A DNA stretch of 64,000 bases, from positions 11,712-75,711 of the forward strand of contig CAIMWF010000046.1 in the NCBI GenBank assembly GCA_903845055.1. Reading direction: 5' to 3'. Below the pieces are notes generated by a model. The model was not told the origin of the DNA and did no database searches. It saw only the letters and a program-made list of their open reading frames with translations. The stretch comes from an uncultured Bacteroidales bacterium (GTDB lineage Bacteria > Bacteroidota > Bacteroidia > Bacteroidales > FEN-979). Shown here one piece after another: positions 1 through 8,380 of the stretch. The translations under genes and the position numbers were made by a program. The number at the start of each line of letters is the position of its first letter. Within the stretch, counting starts at the first letter, position 1.

Positions 1-1
1 A

Positions 2-2515
2 ACCGGCAACATTGCCTACAGCGTTCCAGAAATTACCAATGCCACCGGTTACACCTGGACGGTCCCAACCGGAGGATCGATCATTTCGGGCAACAACACC
101 CATTCGATCGTTGTAAATTATTCCAATGCTGCAGTTTCAGGAAATGTCACCGTTAAAGGAACCAATTCCTGCGGGTCGGGCACCCCTTCCAGCCTTGCAA
201 TAACAGTTAACCCACTGCCGGTGCCGTCCATAACCGGGCCTGCAACCGTTTGTTCAGGATCGGCCGGGCTCTCCTATTCCACCGCAACCGGTATGAGCGG
301 GTACTCATGGACAATCACGGGAGGCACCATCACAACAGGTGCCGCGACCGCAACCGCGATCGTCACCTGGACTACACCAGGGGCTCAATCGATCAGTGTT
401 ACATACACAAATTCAAATGGTTGTTCTGCAGCATCCCCCACTGTAAAAGCCATCTCCGTCAATCCGCAACCGACCCCTACCATCTCCGGGCCATCCAGCC
501 TTTGTTCCGGTTCAGCCAACGTTCCTTATTCCACGGAACCATCCATGTCGGCATACACATGGTCCATCTCCACCGGGGGCACCATCGTAACCGGAGGATC
601 TACAAGCTCGGTCCTGGTCAACTGGAATCTCCCCGGGCCGCAAAGCCTGTCGGTCAACTATGCTATCCCGGCCACCGGCTGCACTGCGTCAATTCCTGCA
701 TTGAAACCTGTCACCATAAATGCCTTGCCCATCCCGACCATTTCGGGACCTTCTGCCGTTTGTATTGGTTCGCCCGGAAATGTTTATACAACCGAACCAG
801 GAATGACAGGTTATATCTGGAATGTTTCTTCCGGCGGAAGCATTACCGGCGGCGGCGGAATTTCAAGCAACTCGGTGACGGTTACCTGGAACGGCACGGG
901 AGCACAGTCAGTAAGCTGCAGTTATACCAATTCAAATAACTGCTCTTCCAATGTGCCAACCATAAAAACCGTGACCGTGAACCCTTTGCTTGTTCCGACC
1001 CTCTTGGGACCATTGACGGTATGCAACGGCTCCTCCGGGAATGTCTATGCCACCGAAACGGGAATGACCGGTTATATATGGACAGTTTCAGGAGGTGGCT
1101 CCGTCACGTCGGGAGGAGGTCCGGCGAACAATTCAGTTACCGTAACATGGATCACGGCAGGAGCCCAGAATGTCAGCGTGATTTATACTCCACCGGCAGG
1201 CTGTGCCGCGCCGAATCCGGTATCGGTCAATGTAACCGTTAATCCTGTGCCGGTACCCAGCATAACCGGGCCCGCCACCGTCTGTGAAGGTGCCACCGGA
1301 AACGCTTATTCCACCGAAGCCGGGATGACAAACTACCAATGGACTATTTCTGCAGGGGGAAGCATTACTTCAGGTTTGGGAACCAGCAATATTACGGTAT
1401 CATGGAATGCAACCGGGTCGCAATTACTCGCTGTGAATTATTCGAACAGCAATGGCTGCGCCGCCGGCGCCCCGGTTTCAAAACCTGTTGCAGTCGCACC
1501 TTTTCCGGGACCGGCCGGTTCGATTACCGGAACTTCAAATGTTTGTGCAGGCACCAACGGCGTTTCCTATTCAACGGATATCATCCCGAATACCTCTTCC
1601 TATCTATGGACGCTCCCTGCGGGTGCCTCGGTCGCGACGGGTGCAGGGACCAACAGCATCACCGTTGATTTCGGCAACGGAGCGATTTCAGGCGACATCA
1701 CTGTAAAAGGCACCAACTCGTGCGGAAACGGAACAACCTCACCCCCATTCACGGTCAGCACCTTCCAGATGCCGCTTGCTGCAGGTACCATAAACGGGCC
1801 CGGCATCGTGTGTGCAGGAACCCATAATGTAATTTACAGTATCGGTGCCATCATCAGTGCCGTTACCTATGTGTGGACCGTTCCGGCCGGGGCTTCAATC
1901 ATGTCGGGCGCAGGCACAAACCAGATCGTGGTCGACTTCAGCCCTCTTCCCGGAAACGGCCTGATCACGGTTAAAGGAAGCAACATTTGCGGGAACGGAC
2001 CGGTTTCACCTGATCTCACGGTTACAATGATTGCATCCCAGGCCGCCCCGGTTGTCACCTCCAACGGGGCACTGCTCACCAGTTCTGCTTCTACTGGCAA
2101 CCAATGGTACTACGAGGGAACCGGTGCGATCGCGGGCGCTACCGGGAGTACTTACACAGCAACGATCACCGGATGGTACTGGACCACCGTTGTGGGTACT
2201 GGTTGTCCTTTCCTCGAATCGAACCATGTTTATGTCCTGTTCGAAGGCCTTAAAGAGCAGAACCCAGGCAACTTTGAGATCATCCCTGTTCCCAGTGACG
2301 GAAGGTTCAGGATAACGTTGAAAAGTCCTTCGGCTGAGCATTTTACCATCCTGATTTTTGACCAGACCGGAAGAAAAGTCTTCGAACGGGATGATATCCC
2401 GGTCAACGGCATCACCGCACAGGTGATCGACATACGGCCGGCGGCATGTGGAATTTATTCCGTCGTATTCCTCAACAGCAGCCAGGTCGCGGTGAGGAAA
2501 GTAATGGTACGATGA
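2..2515 (+). CDS. T9SS-sorted cell-surface protein built from tandem PKD-like/Ig-like repeats (5' end outside window)
   Basis: Frame 2 is open from base 2 (TGNIAYSVPEITNATGYTWTVPTGG...), so the GTG at 221 in the ORF track is internal. There are at least 8 tandem 84-88 aa units with a recurring I(S/T)GP..VC...Y(S/T)T..GM..Y.W......V.W...G.Q..SV.Y...NGC pattern. The last ~80 aa (FEIIPVPSDGRFRITL...GIYSVVFLNSSQVAVRKVMVR) look like a type A Por/T9SS C-terminal sorting domain. Confidence 0.8.
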   Translation, partial: TGNIAYSVPEITNATGYTWTVPTGGSIISGNNTHSIVVNYSNAAVSGNVTVKGTNSCGSGTPSSLAITVNPLPVPSITGPATVCSGSAGLSYSTATGMSGYSWTITGGTITTGAATATAIVTWTTPGAQSISVTYTNSNGCSAASPTVKAISVNPQPTPTISGPSSLCSGSANVPYSTEPSMSAYTWSISTGGTIVTGGSTSSVLVNWNLPGPQSLSVNYAIPATGCTASIPALKPVTINALPIPTISGPSAVCIGSPGNVYTTEPGMTGYIWNVSSGGSITGGGGISSNSVTVTWNGTGAQSVSCSYTNSNNCSSNVPTIKTVTVNPLLVPTLLGPLTVCNGSSGNVYATETGMTGYIWTVSGGGSVTSGGGPANNSVTVTWITAGAQNVSVIYTPPAGCAAPNPVSVNVTVNPVPVPSITGPATVCEGATGNAYSTEAGMTNYQWTISAGGSITSGLGTSNITVSWNATGSQLLAVNYSNSNGCAAGAPVSKPVAVAPFPGPAGSITGTSNVCAGTNGVSYSTDIIPNTSSYLWTLPAGASVATGAGTNSITVDFGNGAISGDITVKGTNSCGNGTTSPPFTVSTFQMPLAAGTINGPGIVCAGTHNVIYSIGAIISAVTYVWTVPAGASIMSGAGTNQIVVDFSPLPGNGLITVKGSNICGNGPVSPDLTVTMIASQAAPVVTSNGALLTSSASTGNQWYYEGTGAIAGATGSTYTATITGWYWTTVVGTGCPFLESNHVYVLFEGLKEQNPGNFEIIPVPSDGRFRITLKSPSAEHFTILIFDQTGRKVFERDDIPVNGITAQVIDIRPAACGIYSVVFLNSSQVAVRKVMVR
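221..1505 (+). repeat. Five in-frame tandem coding repeats, period 252-264 bp (type A adhesin units); two more diverged type B units follow to ~2015
   Basis: The ISGP/ITGP/LLGP anchor recurs at aa 4, 88, 174, 261, 348 and 435 of the listed ORF. Similarity is visible at DNA level, e.g. 790-850 (accgaaccaggaatgacaggttatatctgg...) versus 1050-1110 (accgaaacgggaatgaccggttatatatgg...). Confidence 0.8.
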
Positions 2516-5418
2516 AGCACCTGTTATTGCTCTTGCTGCCACTACTGGCAGGATTTTATTGTAACGCCCAGTATTTCAGCACCGGGCAGGATCCGACAGG
2601 GATACACTGGAGGCAGATCCGGACCGACCACTACCGGTTGGTTTACCCATCTCCATTCGAAAAAAAGGCGCAATATCTCGCCAATATCCTGGATATAGCC
2701 GTAAACAGTGAAACCCATTCCCTGTCGGCAAAGGTCCCGCGCATTCCTTTTTTACTTCACACTAAATCTTCTGTATCAAATGGAATAACCGTATGGGCTC
2801 CCAAACGGATCGAACTCTATCCATGCCCCCCCCAGGATTCCTATGCCGAAGAGTGGCTTGAACAACTCGCCATCCATGAATACCGCCATACCGTGCAGAT
2901 AAGCAAGATCAACCAGGGTTTTTCAAAAGTACTCGGGTATGTCTTCGGGGAGCAGATCACCGGGGGCATCCTCGGGCTCTATCTGCCGGCCTGGCTATTG
3001 GAGGGTGATGCCGTGGTAACCGAAACCGCCATGACACGGGCCGGTCGAGGCCGGTCGGCGCTTTTTGAAAGTACCCTGAAGGCGCAGGTGGTTGAAAAGG
3101 GAATTGTCTCTTATGATAAGGCAACCCTTGGGTCGTACCGGACATTCACCCCGGATGCATATTCGCTTGGCTATTTCCTGGTAGGACAGGCAAGAAAGAA
3201 ATACGGGGTGGAATTGTGGAATACGGCGTTTGACCGCGTTGCCCGATACCCTTTCATGGTAGTGCCCCTCAACAGCGGGATTCACAAGGTAACCGGCCTC
3301 TGGAAAACCAGGCTTTATAAACAGGCACTGGCAGAACTCGACAGTTCATGGCAGCAGCAGCTCCGGGAAACCAGTTTTACCCGGCTTCGCACAATCACCA
3401 AACGCAACCCGAAGAATTTTACCTCCTATCACCATCCGCTTTTGCTGAATGATTCAACGATCATCGCCGACAAATCCTCCATGGATGACATCGGCCGTAT
3501 CGTAATGATTGATCGCTCAGGCGGCCGCGAGCAAATTCTGGTCACCCCAGGGTATCATCACACCGGGATGACTTCCCTCGGAGGAAATTATCTTGCCTGG
3601 TCTGCTTTGGGCTGGGACCCCCGCTGGGGCAACCGTGATTTTGTCAACATCAGGCTCTATGATTTTACCACGGGAAAAACCATGTATCTAACCAGGAGGT
3701 CCCGATATTTCGCCCCTGTCATTTCAAAAGATGGTTCCCGCCTTGCAGCCGTCCATGTTTCGGAAGGAAACCGCTGTTCTTTGGATATTCTTGAAGTTCC
3801 ATCCGGCAGACTTCTCCGTAAATACCCGATCGCGGGGTACGGCCAGGCGATGATGCCCAACTGGTCGGCCGACGCTACCAGGATCATCTTTACCCTGCTT
3901 ACGGAAAAAGGTGAAACTCTGTCAGTTCTCGACACCACATCCGGCACGATCAGGAACCTTCTGCCATTCTCCTACAACGAATTCACCGGCCAGCCAGCCT
4001 GTTACAAACAGTTCATACTCTTTAGCATGAGTTATGCCGGTGTAGAAAATGTTTTCGCGGTTGACACCCTGACCCGGCATATCTTCCGGGTGGCTTCGGG
4101 CCGCTTTGCCACATACCAGCCCTCCGTTTCAAGAGATGGCAGCCACATAGTTCTTTCCGACTACACCTCCGACGGGCTGATGGTTGCTGAAACATTGGCC
4201 GGTCCCGAAACCTGGATTCCCCTGGCACAGATTCCTGCTCCGGATGACTCCCTTGGGCTCTTCAATACACTTGCCGGACAGGAAACGACCAACATACAAG
4301 ATAGCATTGCCATCAGGAACATATACAAGCTGAACACATCCGACAGTTCCCGCCTTGAGAAGGACTCCATCCGGGGCCGCATCCATCCATCGGCCCGGTA
4401 TTCAAAGTTCCTAAACCTCTTCAATCCGCATAGCTGGGCCCCGGTATCCCTCGATGTCAGCAACCTCACCATAAATCCAGGCGTCATGCTTCTTTCCCAG
4501 AACATCTTAAGCACCATGTTCACATCGGCCGGGTGGGAATACGACATCAGCGGGCAAACCGGCAGGTTTTATGCAAGCATGGAATACAAGGGATGGTACC
4601 CGGTACTGACCCTCAGGTTCGATATCGGCAACCGGGCCGGGTATGGACGATACCAGGGTTCGTCGGAAACCTTCCGGTTTACTTGGCAGGAGACTAATTT
4701 TAAGGCATACGTCAGCATTCCCTGGAATTTTTCAGGTGGTCGCTATTCCCGCTATGTACAACCGTCTGTCGGAACAACGCTCATCCTGGTAAATCACAAT
4801 TCCTCAACCCCCGGGAAATTTACCAGCGGGAGCATCCAGACCATTGATTACCGGTTCACCGCTTCCCAGTATCATCAGTCGGACCAGAAGGATATGTTTT
4901 CACGGTTCGGGCAGTCGGTCGACATAGCTTTCCGTCACACGCCATTCAGCACCAATGACATGGGATCGGTTTTCGGCGCAAAGATGAACCTCTACTTCCC
5001 GGGGATTTTGCGCCATCACGGGATCCTGTTCTGTTCAGCATACCAGCAACGCCGCGAAAAGGATGTGATGTCCTATTCCTTTTCGAATCTTATTTCATAC
5101 CCGAGAGGTTATACGAACGCCTATGATGTTGAATTGATCAGCTTAAGCGCCAATTATAAATTACCCCTCTGGTACCCTGATTTCAGCTTCGGGTCAGTGA
5201 TCTATCTTAAACGGCTGAAATTGAATGTTTTTTATGACTGGGCCGAAGGAAAAAATCCTGGTTATGTCAATAAATACCAGTCAACCGGTTGTGAACTGTC
5301 AGCCGATTTCAACCTGCTGCGTTTTGTTGCACCCCTTGAATTCGGTATAAGGAGCCTCTATTATCCCGGTGCGGCTTCCTGGGGATGGGAGTTTTTTTAT
5401 GCTGTTGCACTGAATTAA
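2512..5418 (+). CDS. Exported hypothetical protein (968 aa) with an HExxH motif, TolB-like beta-propeller-type repeats and a beta-rich C-terminal region
   Basis: The ATG at 2512 overlaps the upstream TGA (ATGA) and gives a signal-peptide-like N-terminus, MKHLLLLLLPLLAGFYCNAQ. The earlier start at 2446 in the ORF track lacks one. It carries LAIHEYRHTV (HExxH) and repeated segments such as PVISKDGSRLAAVHVS and YQPSVSRDGSHIVLSDYTSDG, reminiscent of TolB/WD40-like propeller blades. The C-terminal third is rich in alternating aromatic/polar residues. No family is recognised with certainty. Confidence 0.6.
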   Translation: MKHLLLLLLPLLAGFYCNAQYFSTGQDPTGIHWRQIRTDHYRLVYPSPFEKKAQYLANILDIAVNSETHSLSAKVPRIPFLLHTKSSVSNGITVWAPKRIELYPCPPQDSYAEEWLEQLAIHEYRHTVQISKINQGFSKVLGYVFGEQITGGILGLYLPAWLLEGDAVVTETAMTRAGRGRSALFESTLKAQVVEKGIVSYDKATLGSYRTFTPDAYSLGYFLVGQARKKYGVELWNTAFDRVARYPFMVVPLNSGIHKVTGLWKTRLYKQALAELDSSWQQQLRETSFTRLRTITKRNPKNFTSYHHPLLLNDSTIIADKSSMDDIGRIVMIDRSGGREQILVTPGYHHTGMTSLGGNYLAWSALGWDPRWGNRDFVNIRLYDFTTGKTMYLTRRSRYFAPVISKDGSRLAAVHVSEGNRCSLDILEVPSGRLLRKYPIAGYGQAMMPNWSADATRIIFTLLTEKGETLSVLDTTSGTIRNLLPFSYNEFTGQPACYKQFILFSMSYAGVENVFAVDTLTRHIFRVASGRFATYQPSVSRDGSHIVLSDYTSDGLMVAETLAGPETWIPLAQIPAPDDSLGLFNTLAGQETTNIQDSIAIRNIYKLNTSDSSRLEKDSIRGRIHPSARYSKFLNLFNPHSWAPVSLDVSNLTINPGVMLLSQNILSTMFTSAGWEYDISGQTGRFYASMEYKGWYPVLTLRFDIGNRAGYGRYQGSSETFRFTWQETNFKAYVSIPWNFSGGRYSRYVQPSVGTTLILVNHNSSTPGKFTSGSIQTIDYRFTASQYHQSDQKDMFSRFGQSVDIAFRHTPFSTNDMGSVFGAKMNLYFPGILRHHGILFCSAYQQRREKDVMSYSFSNLISYPRGYTNAYDVELISLSANYKLPLWYPDFSFGSVIYLKRLKLNVFYDWAEGKNPGYVNKYQSTGCELSADFNLLRFVAPLEFGIRSLYYPGAASWGWEFFYAVALN

Positions 5419-5450
5419 GCCAGTTTCATTGATCCTCCCGGGTTCCAAGG

Positions 5451-8291
5451 TTAATTTACGACAGATAACTTCAAAGACTGGCTGGTATGGCTGTTCGTGC
5501 ATTTTATGATGTATATGCCCCGGGTGAGACCTGCATCTGCATTGGAAATATAAAAACGGTCAAGCCCGGTTGGCGGGACCTGCGCATGATACGTTTTTTT
5601 CAGGATCCCATCGGTCGCATAAATCTCAATGACCATTTCACTGCCGTCGAAACGGCGGCCCGAAAGCCAGAACCCTTCTGAGGCAGGGTTGGGAAACAGG
5701 CAGATATCCGCCGGAAGTATCCCGGGGACACAATGCGAATTGCTGAAAGTGAACCGGTCAACCATACAGGCCCCGGGCTCTGTCAATTTAAAGACAAGGA
5801 AAATGTCATGAATGCCCGCAGTACCGGCCATACAGCAGATTTTTGTGACATACCCCTTGTCCGTAAATATGAGGGGCAACGTTCCTGCAAGTGTCCCGCG
5901 TAAACTGTCGAGACGGATTTCAAGAAAACCCTCTCCGCCTGCAGATGGTTCAAGTTTTACAAGGGCTTCCATTTGCTCAACACCTGCCCCAAAATCCACG
6001 TTCCGGTATTCAGCAAAATCATCCTGACCGCCATTCATGATGCTCTGCCCGCCGGCTCCGTTTGAAACGATTGCAACTGGATCCGACTTTTTCTCGAAAT
6101 CCTCAGCTTCAAACACTGAAAGACTTTTCCTGGTATAGGCCCGCCCGGCGACATAACCGGTCACCCTGACCTGGCTTTCAAGGCGGATGTCATCGGAGGA
6201 ACTTCCCGTCATGATATCCATCATCCCCTCCTCAACAAGGAAAGACCTTGTTTTTTCGTCATACCACGAAAGGTCCTCCGTTTTCAAAACAAAGGTGACG
6301 GTTTTCGCTTCGCCGGGCTGCAGCGTAATTCTCCTGAAACCTTTGAGCTCAAGGAGCGGCCTTTTTACATAAGTAGAAACATGATGAATATAGAACTGGG
6401 CTACTTCGTCGCCGGCAACATCCCCCGTGTTCTTTACCGTCACACCGACAATGAGCGAATCGCCCCGGTTAAGGGTTGTCCGGCTTTGTGTCAGGTTGCT
6501 GTATGAAAATGTCGTATAGCTTAAACCATGGCCAAAAGCGAACAAAGGGGTGCCCGTAAAATACTGGTAAGTCCTGTTTTCTTTGATATCATAATGATCC
6601 ATTGGAGGAAGATCGGCGATCGATTTGTACCAGGTGGAGGTAAGTTTACCGCCTGGGTTAAAATCGCCCGACACCACATCGGCGATAGCTTCACCCTGCG
6701 ACTGGCCATCATACCATGCGGTGATTATCCCGGGGACCCTCGCCCTGAGGAGATTTATTGACAGCGGGAAGCCTGTCACCAGGACGACGATGGTGCGGGG
6801 ATTTGCCAGCAGAACCGCCATGATCAGGGAATCCTGGATTGCCGGTAAATCCAGCGTGGTGCGGTCATGTTCCTCACCGGCACTTTGCCGGTCGGTACCT
6901 CCGACAAAAATGACAGCATCGGATGTGGCGGCCAGGGCAACGGCCCTGTCGAAGGCAGCCTGGTCTTTCGGGCCGTACAGGGAACATCCCTCCTCAAAAA
7001 CAATCGTTTTCCCCGGGGCGGAAAATTTGTCTGAAAGCCCTTTCAATGGAGTAACCGTGCTGACAGGGAAGCCGCTGTAAGCCCCAAGTTGCACAAGGCT
7101 GGCATTCGGGCCGATAATGGCCAGCCTTGTAATGGATTCTGCCCGGAGAGGCAGTACGGAATGCTCGTTTTTTAGTAAAACAATGGCTTCCCTGGCTGCC
7201 TTTAACGCCAGGTTCCTGTTAGCCAAGCAATTGATGGCAGAATCAGGGATGAAAGTATAGGGGACCATGCCGGGAGGGTCGAATTCACCCAGCAGAAACC
7301 TCGCTTTGAATATCCGGGTAAGGGCGGTGTCGATGTCGGCGACATTCATGATTCCTTTATCCAGGGCTGCTTGTGAAAAAACCTGGTAGGTACCACCACA
7401 GTTGAGGTCAGTACCGCTTTTTAAGGACAGGGCCGTGGCATCATCGGCCCCTTCTACGTAATTATGGAAAGCAAAAACATCGTGCACGGCGTCACAGTCC
7501 GAGACGACGAACCCGGTAAATCCCCACTCATCCCTAAGGATATGTTTCAACAGGGTGCTGTTTACAGGGCCCGGAACCCCGTTCAGGGAATTATAGGTAT
7601 TCATCACTGATAAAACCCCGGCTTTGGTCACCCCTGCCCTGAAAGCAGGAAGGTAATACTCGCGGAGGCTCCGCTCATCAACGTTAGAGGAGATGCTGTG
7701 ACGGTTGTCATCAACATTGTTGCAGGCGAAATGTTTGACGGTCGCAGAAATTTTTAAATACTTTGCGTCATTGCCCTGCATCCCCCGGATGAAGCCTGAA
7801 GCCAGCTGTCCCGCCAGGAATGGATCCTCTCCATAGGTTTCCTCCGTCCGACCCCACCGGGGGTCCCTGGCCATGTTGATCGTCGGACTGTAATATACCA
7901 TCCCCGTGTTGTCGGTATGATTTTTCACCCTTGCTTCATCGGATATGGCGGAAGCCACCTGGAATATAAGGTCGGCATCCCAGGTTGAGGATAATGCGAT
8001 TACCTGGGGAAAGGAGGTTGTTCCCTCTGCAAGCACTCCATGCAGGGCTTCATTCCAGTAATTATAAGCCGGAACACCCAGCCTTGGTATCGACAAAGCA
8101 TTGCTGCCGAGTTGTGAGATCTTTTCCGCCCGGGTCATCCTGGAAACCAGGTCGGAAACCCTGTCATGCACAGGCAATTTCGGGTCCTGGTAAGGATAGG
8201 TTTCACCGGAACTGACTCCCTGGCTTTTACCGGAAACGGCCAGTGACAATAGAAGAAGGCAAAGAAGGATTTTTATTTTTTCAATGAGCAT
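5451..8291 (-). CDS. Glycoside hydrolase family 3 (beta-glucosidase/beta-xylosidase-like) with a CBM6-like module and T9SS C-terminal sorting domain
   Basis: It has a signal peptide, MLIEKIKILLCLLLLSLAVSGKSQG. GH3 hallmarks are KHFACNNVDDNRH, REYYLPAFRAGV and GFTGFVVSDCDAV (nucleophile Asp region), plus an Fn3-like segment DVAGDEVAQFYIHH...ELKGFRRITLQPGEAKTVTF. The segment FEAEDFEKKSD...FAEYRNVDFG looks CBM6-like. The last ~80 aa (LFPNPASEGFWL...GIYIIKCTNSHTSQSLKLSVVN) look like a T9SS CTD. Confidence 0.85.
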   Translation of the reverse strand: MLIEKIKILLCLLLLSLAVSGKSQGVSSGETYPYQDPKLPVHDRVSDLVSRMTRAEKISQLGSNALSIPRLGVPAYNYWNEALHGVLAEGTTSFPQVIALSSTWDADLIFQVASAISDEARVKNHTDNTGMVYYSPTINMARDPRWGRTEETYGEDPFLAGQLASGFIRGMQGNDAKYLKISATVKHFACNNVDDNRHSISSNVDERSLREYYLPAFRAGVTKAGVLSVMNTYNSLNGVPGPVNSTLLKHILRDEWGFTGFVVSDCDAVHDVFAFHNYVEGADDATALSLKSGTDLNCGGTYQVFSQAALDKGIMNVADIDTALTRIFKARFLLGEFDPPGMVPYTFIPDSAINCLANRNLALKAAREAIVLLKNEHSVLPLRAESITRLAIIGPNASLVQLGAYSGFPVSTVTPLKGLSDKFSAPGKTIVFEEGCSLYGPKDQAAFDRAVALAATSDAVIFVGGTDRQSAGEEHDRTTLDLPAIQDSLIMAVLLANPRTIVVLVTGFPLSINLLRARVPGIITAWYDGQSQGEAIADVVSGDFNPGGKLTSTWYKSIADLPPMDHYDIKENRTYQYFTGTPLFAFGHGLSYTTFSYSNLTQSRTTLNRGDSLIVGVTVKNTGDVAGDEVAQFYIHHVSTYVKRPLLELKGFRRITLQPGEAKTVTFVLKTEDLSWYDEKTRSFLVEEGMMDIMTGSSSDDIRLESQVRVTGYVAGRAYTRKSLSVFEAEDFEKKSDPVAIVSNGAGGQSIMNGGQDDFAEYRNVDFGAGVEQMEALVKLEPSAGGEGFLEIRLDSLRGTLAGTLPLIFTDKGYVTKICCMAGTAGIHDIFLVFKLTEPGACMVDRFTFSNSHCVPGILPADICLFPNPASEGFWLSGRRFDGSEMVIEIYATDGILKKTYHAQVPPTGLDRFYISNADAGLTRGIYIIKCTNSHTSQSLKLSVVN

Positions 8292-8343
8292 GTCGGAATC
8301 CAGCAGGGCTTCCCAGAGAAATTTGATTCTCAGGTATCGATTA

Positions 8344-8351
8344 CAAATTTA
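8344..8351 (-). promoter_or_regulatory. Bacteroidota-type -7 promoter box (TAAATTTG) upstream of the GH3 gene
   Basis: The reverse complement of caaattta matches TAnnTTTG. It lies ~50 nt upstream of the GH3 ATG at 8291. Confidence 0.4.
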
Positions 8352-8365
8352 AATCATTAAAAGGT

Positions 8366-8373
8366 TACTTTTG
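8366..8373 (+). promoter_or_regulatory. Bacteroidota-type -7 promoter box (TACTTTTG) upstream of the ClC gene
   Basis: This is an exact TAnnTTTG match 8 nt before the ATG at 8381. It implies a very short or leaderless transcript. Confidence 0.4.
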
Positions 8374-8380
8374 CAATTAC

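Noticed and set aside
250-939. 229-aa alternative-frame ORF inside the repeat adhesin
   Set aside because: It is Arg/His-rich nonsense-like sequence. The frame-2 product has a clear repeat architecture and a T9SS CTD.
2863-2895. Calling the 968-aa protein a zinc metalloprotease on the basis of HEYRH
   Set aside because: A lone HExxH occurs by chance in many proteins, and I could not identify a third ligand or a Met-turn by eye. I kept it as a motif observation only.
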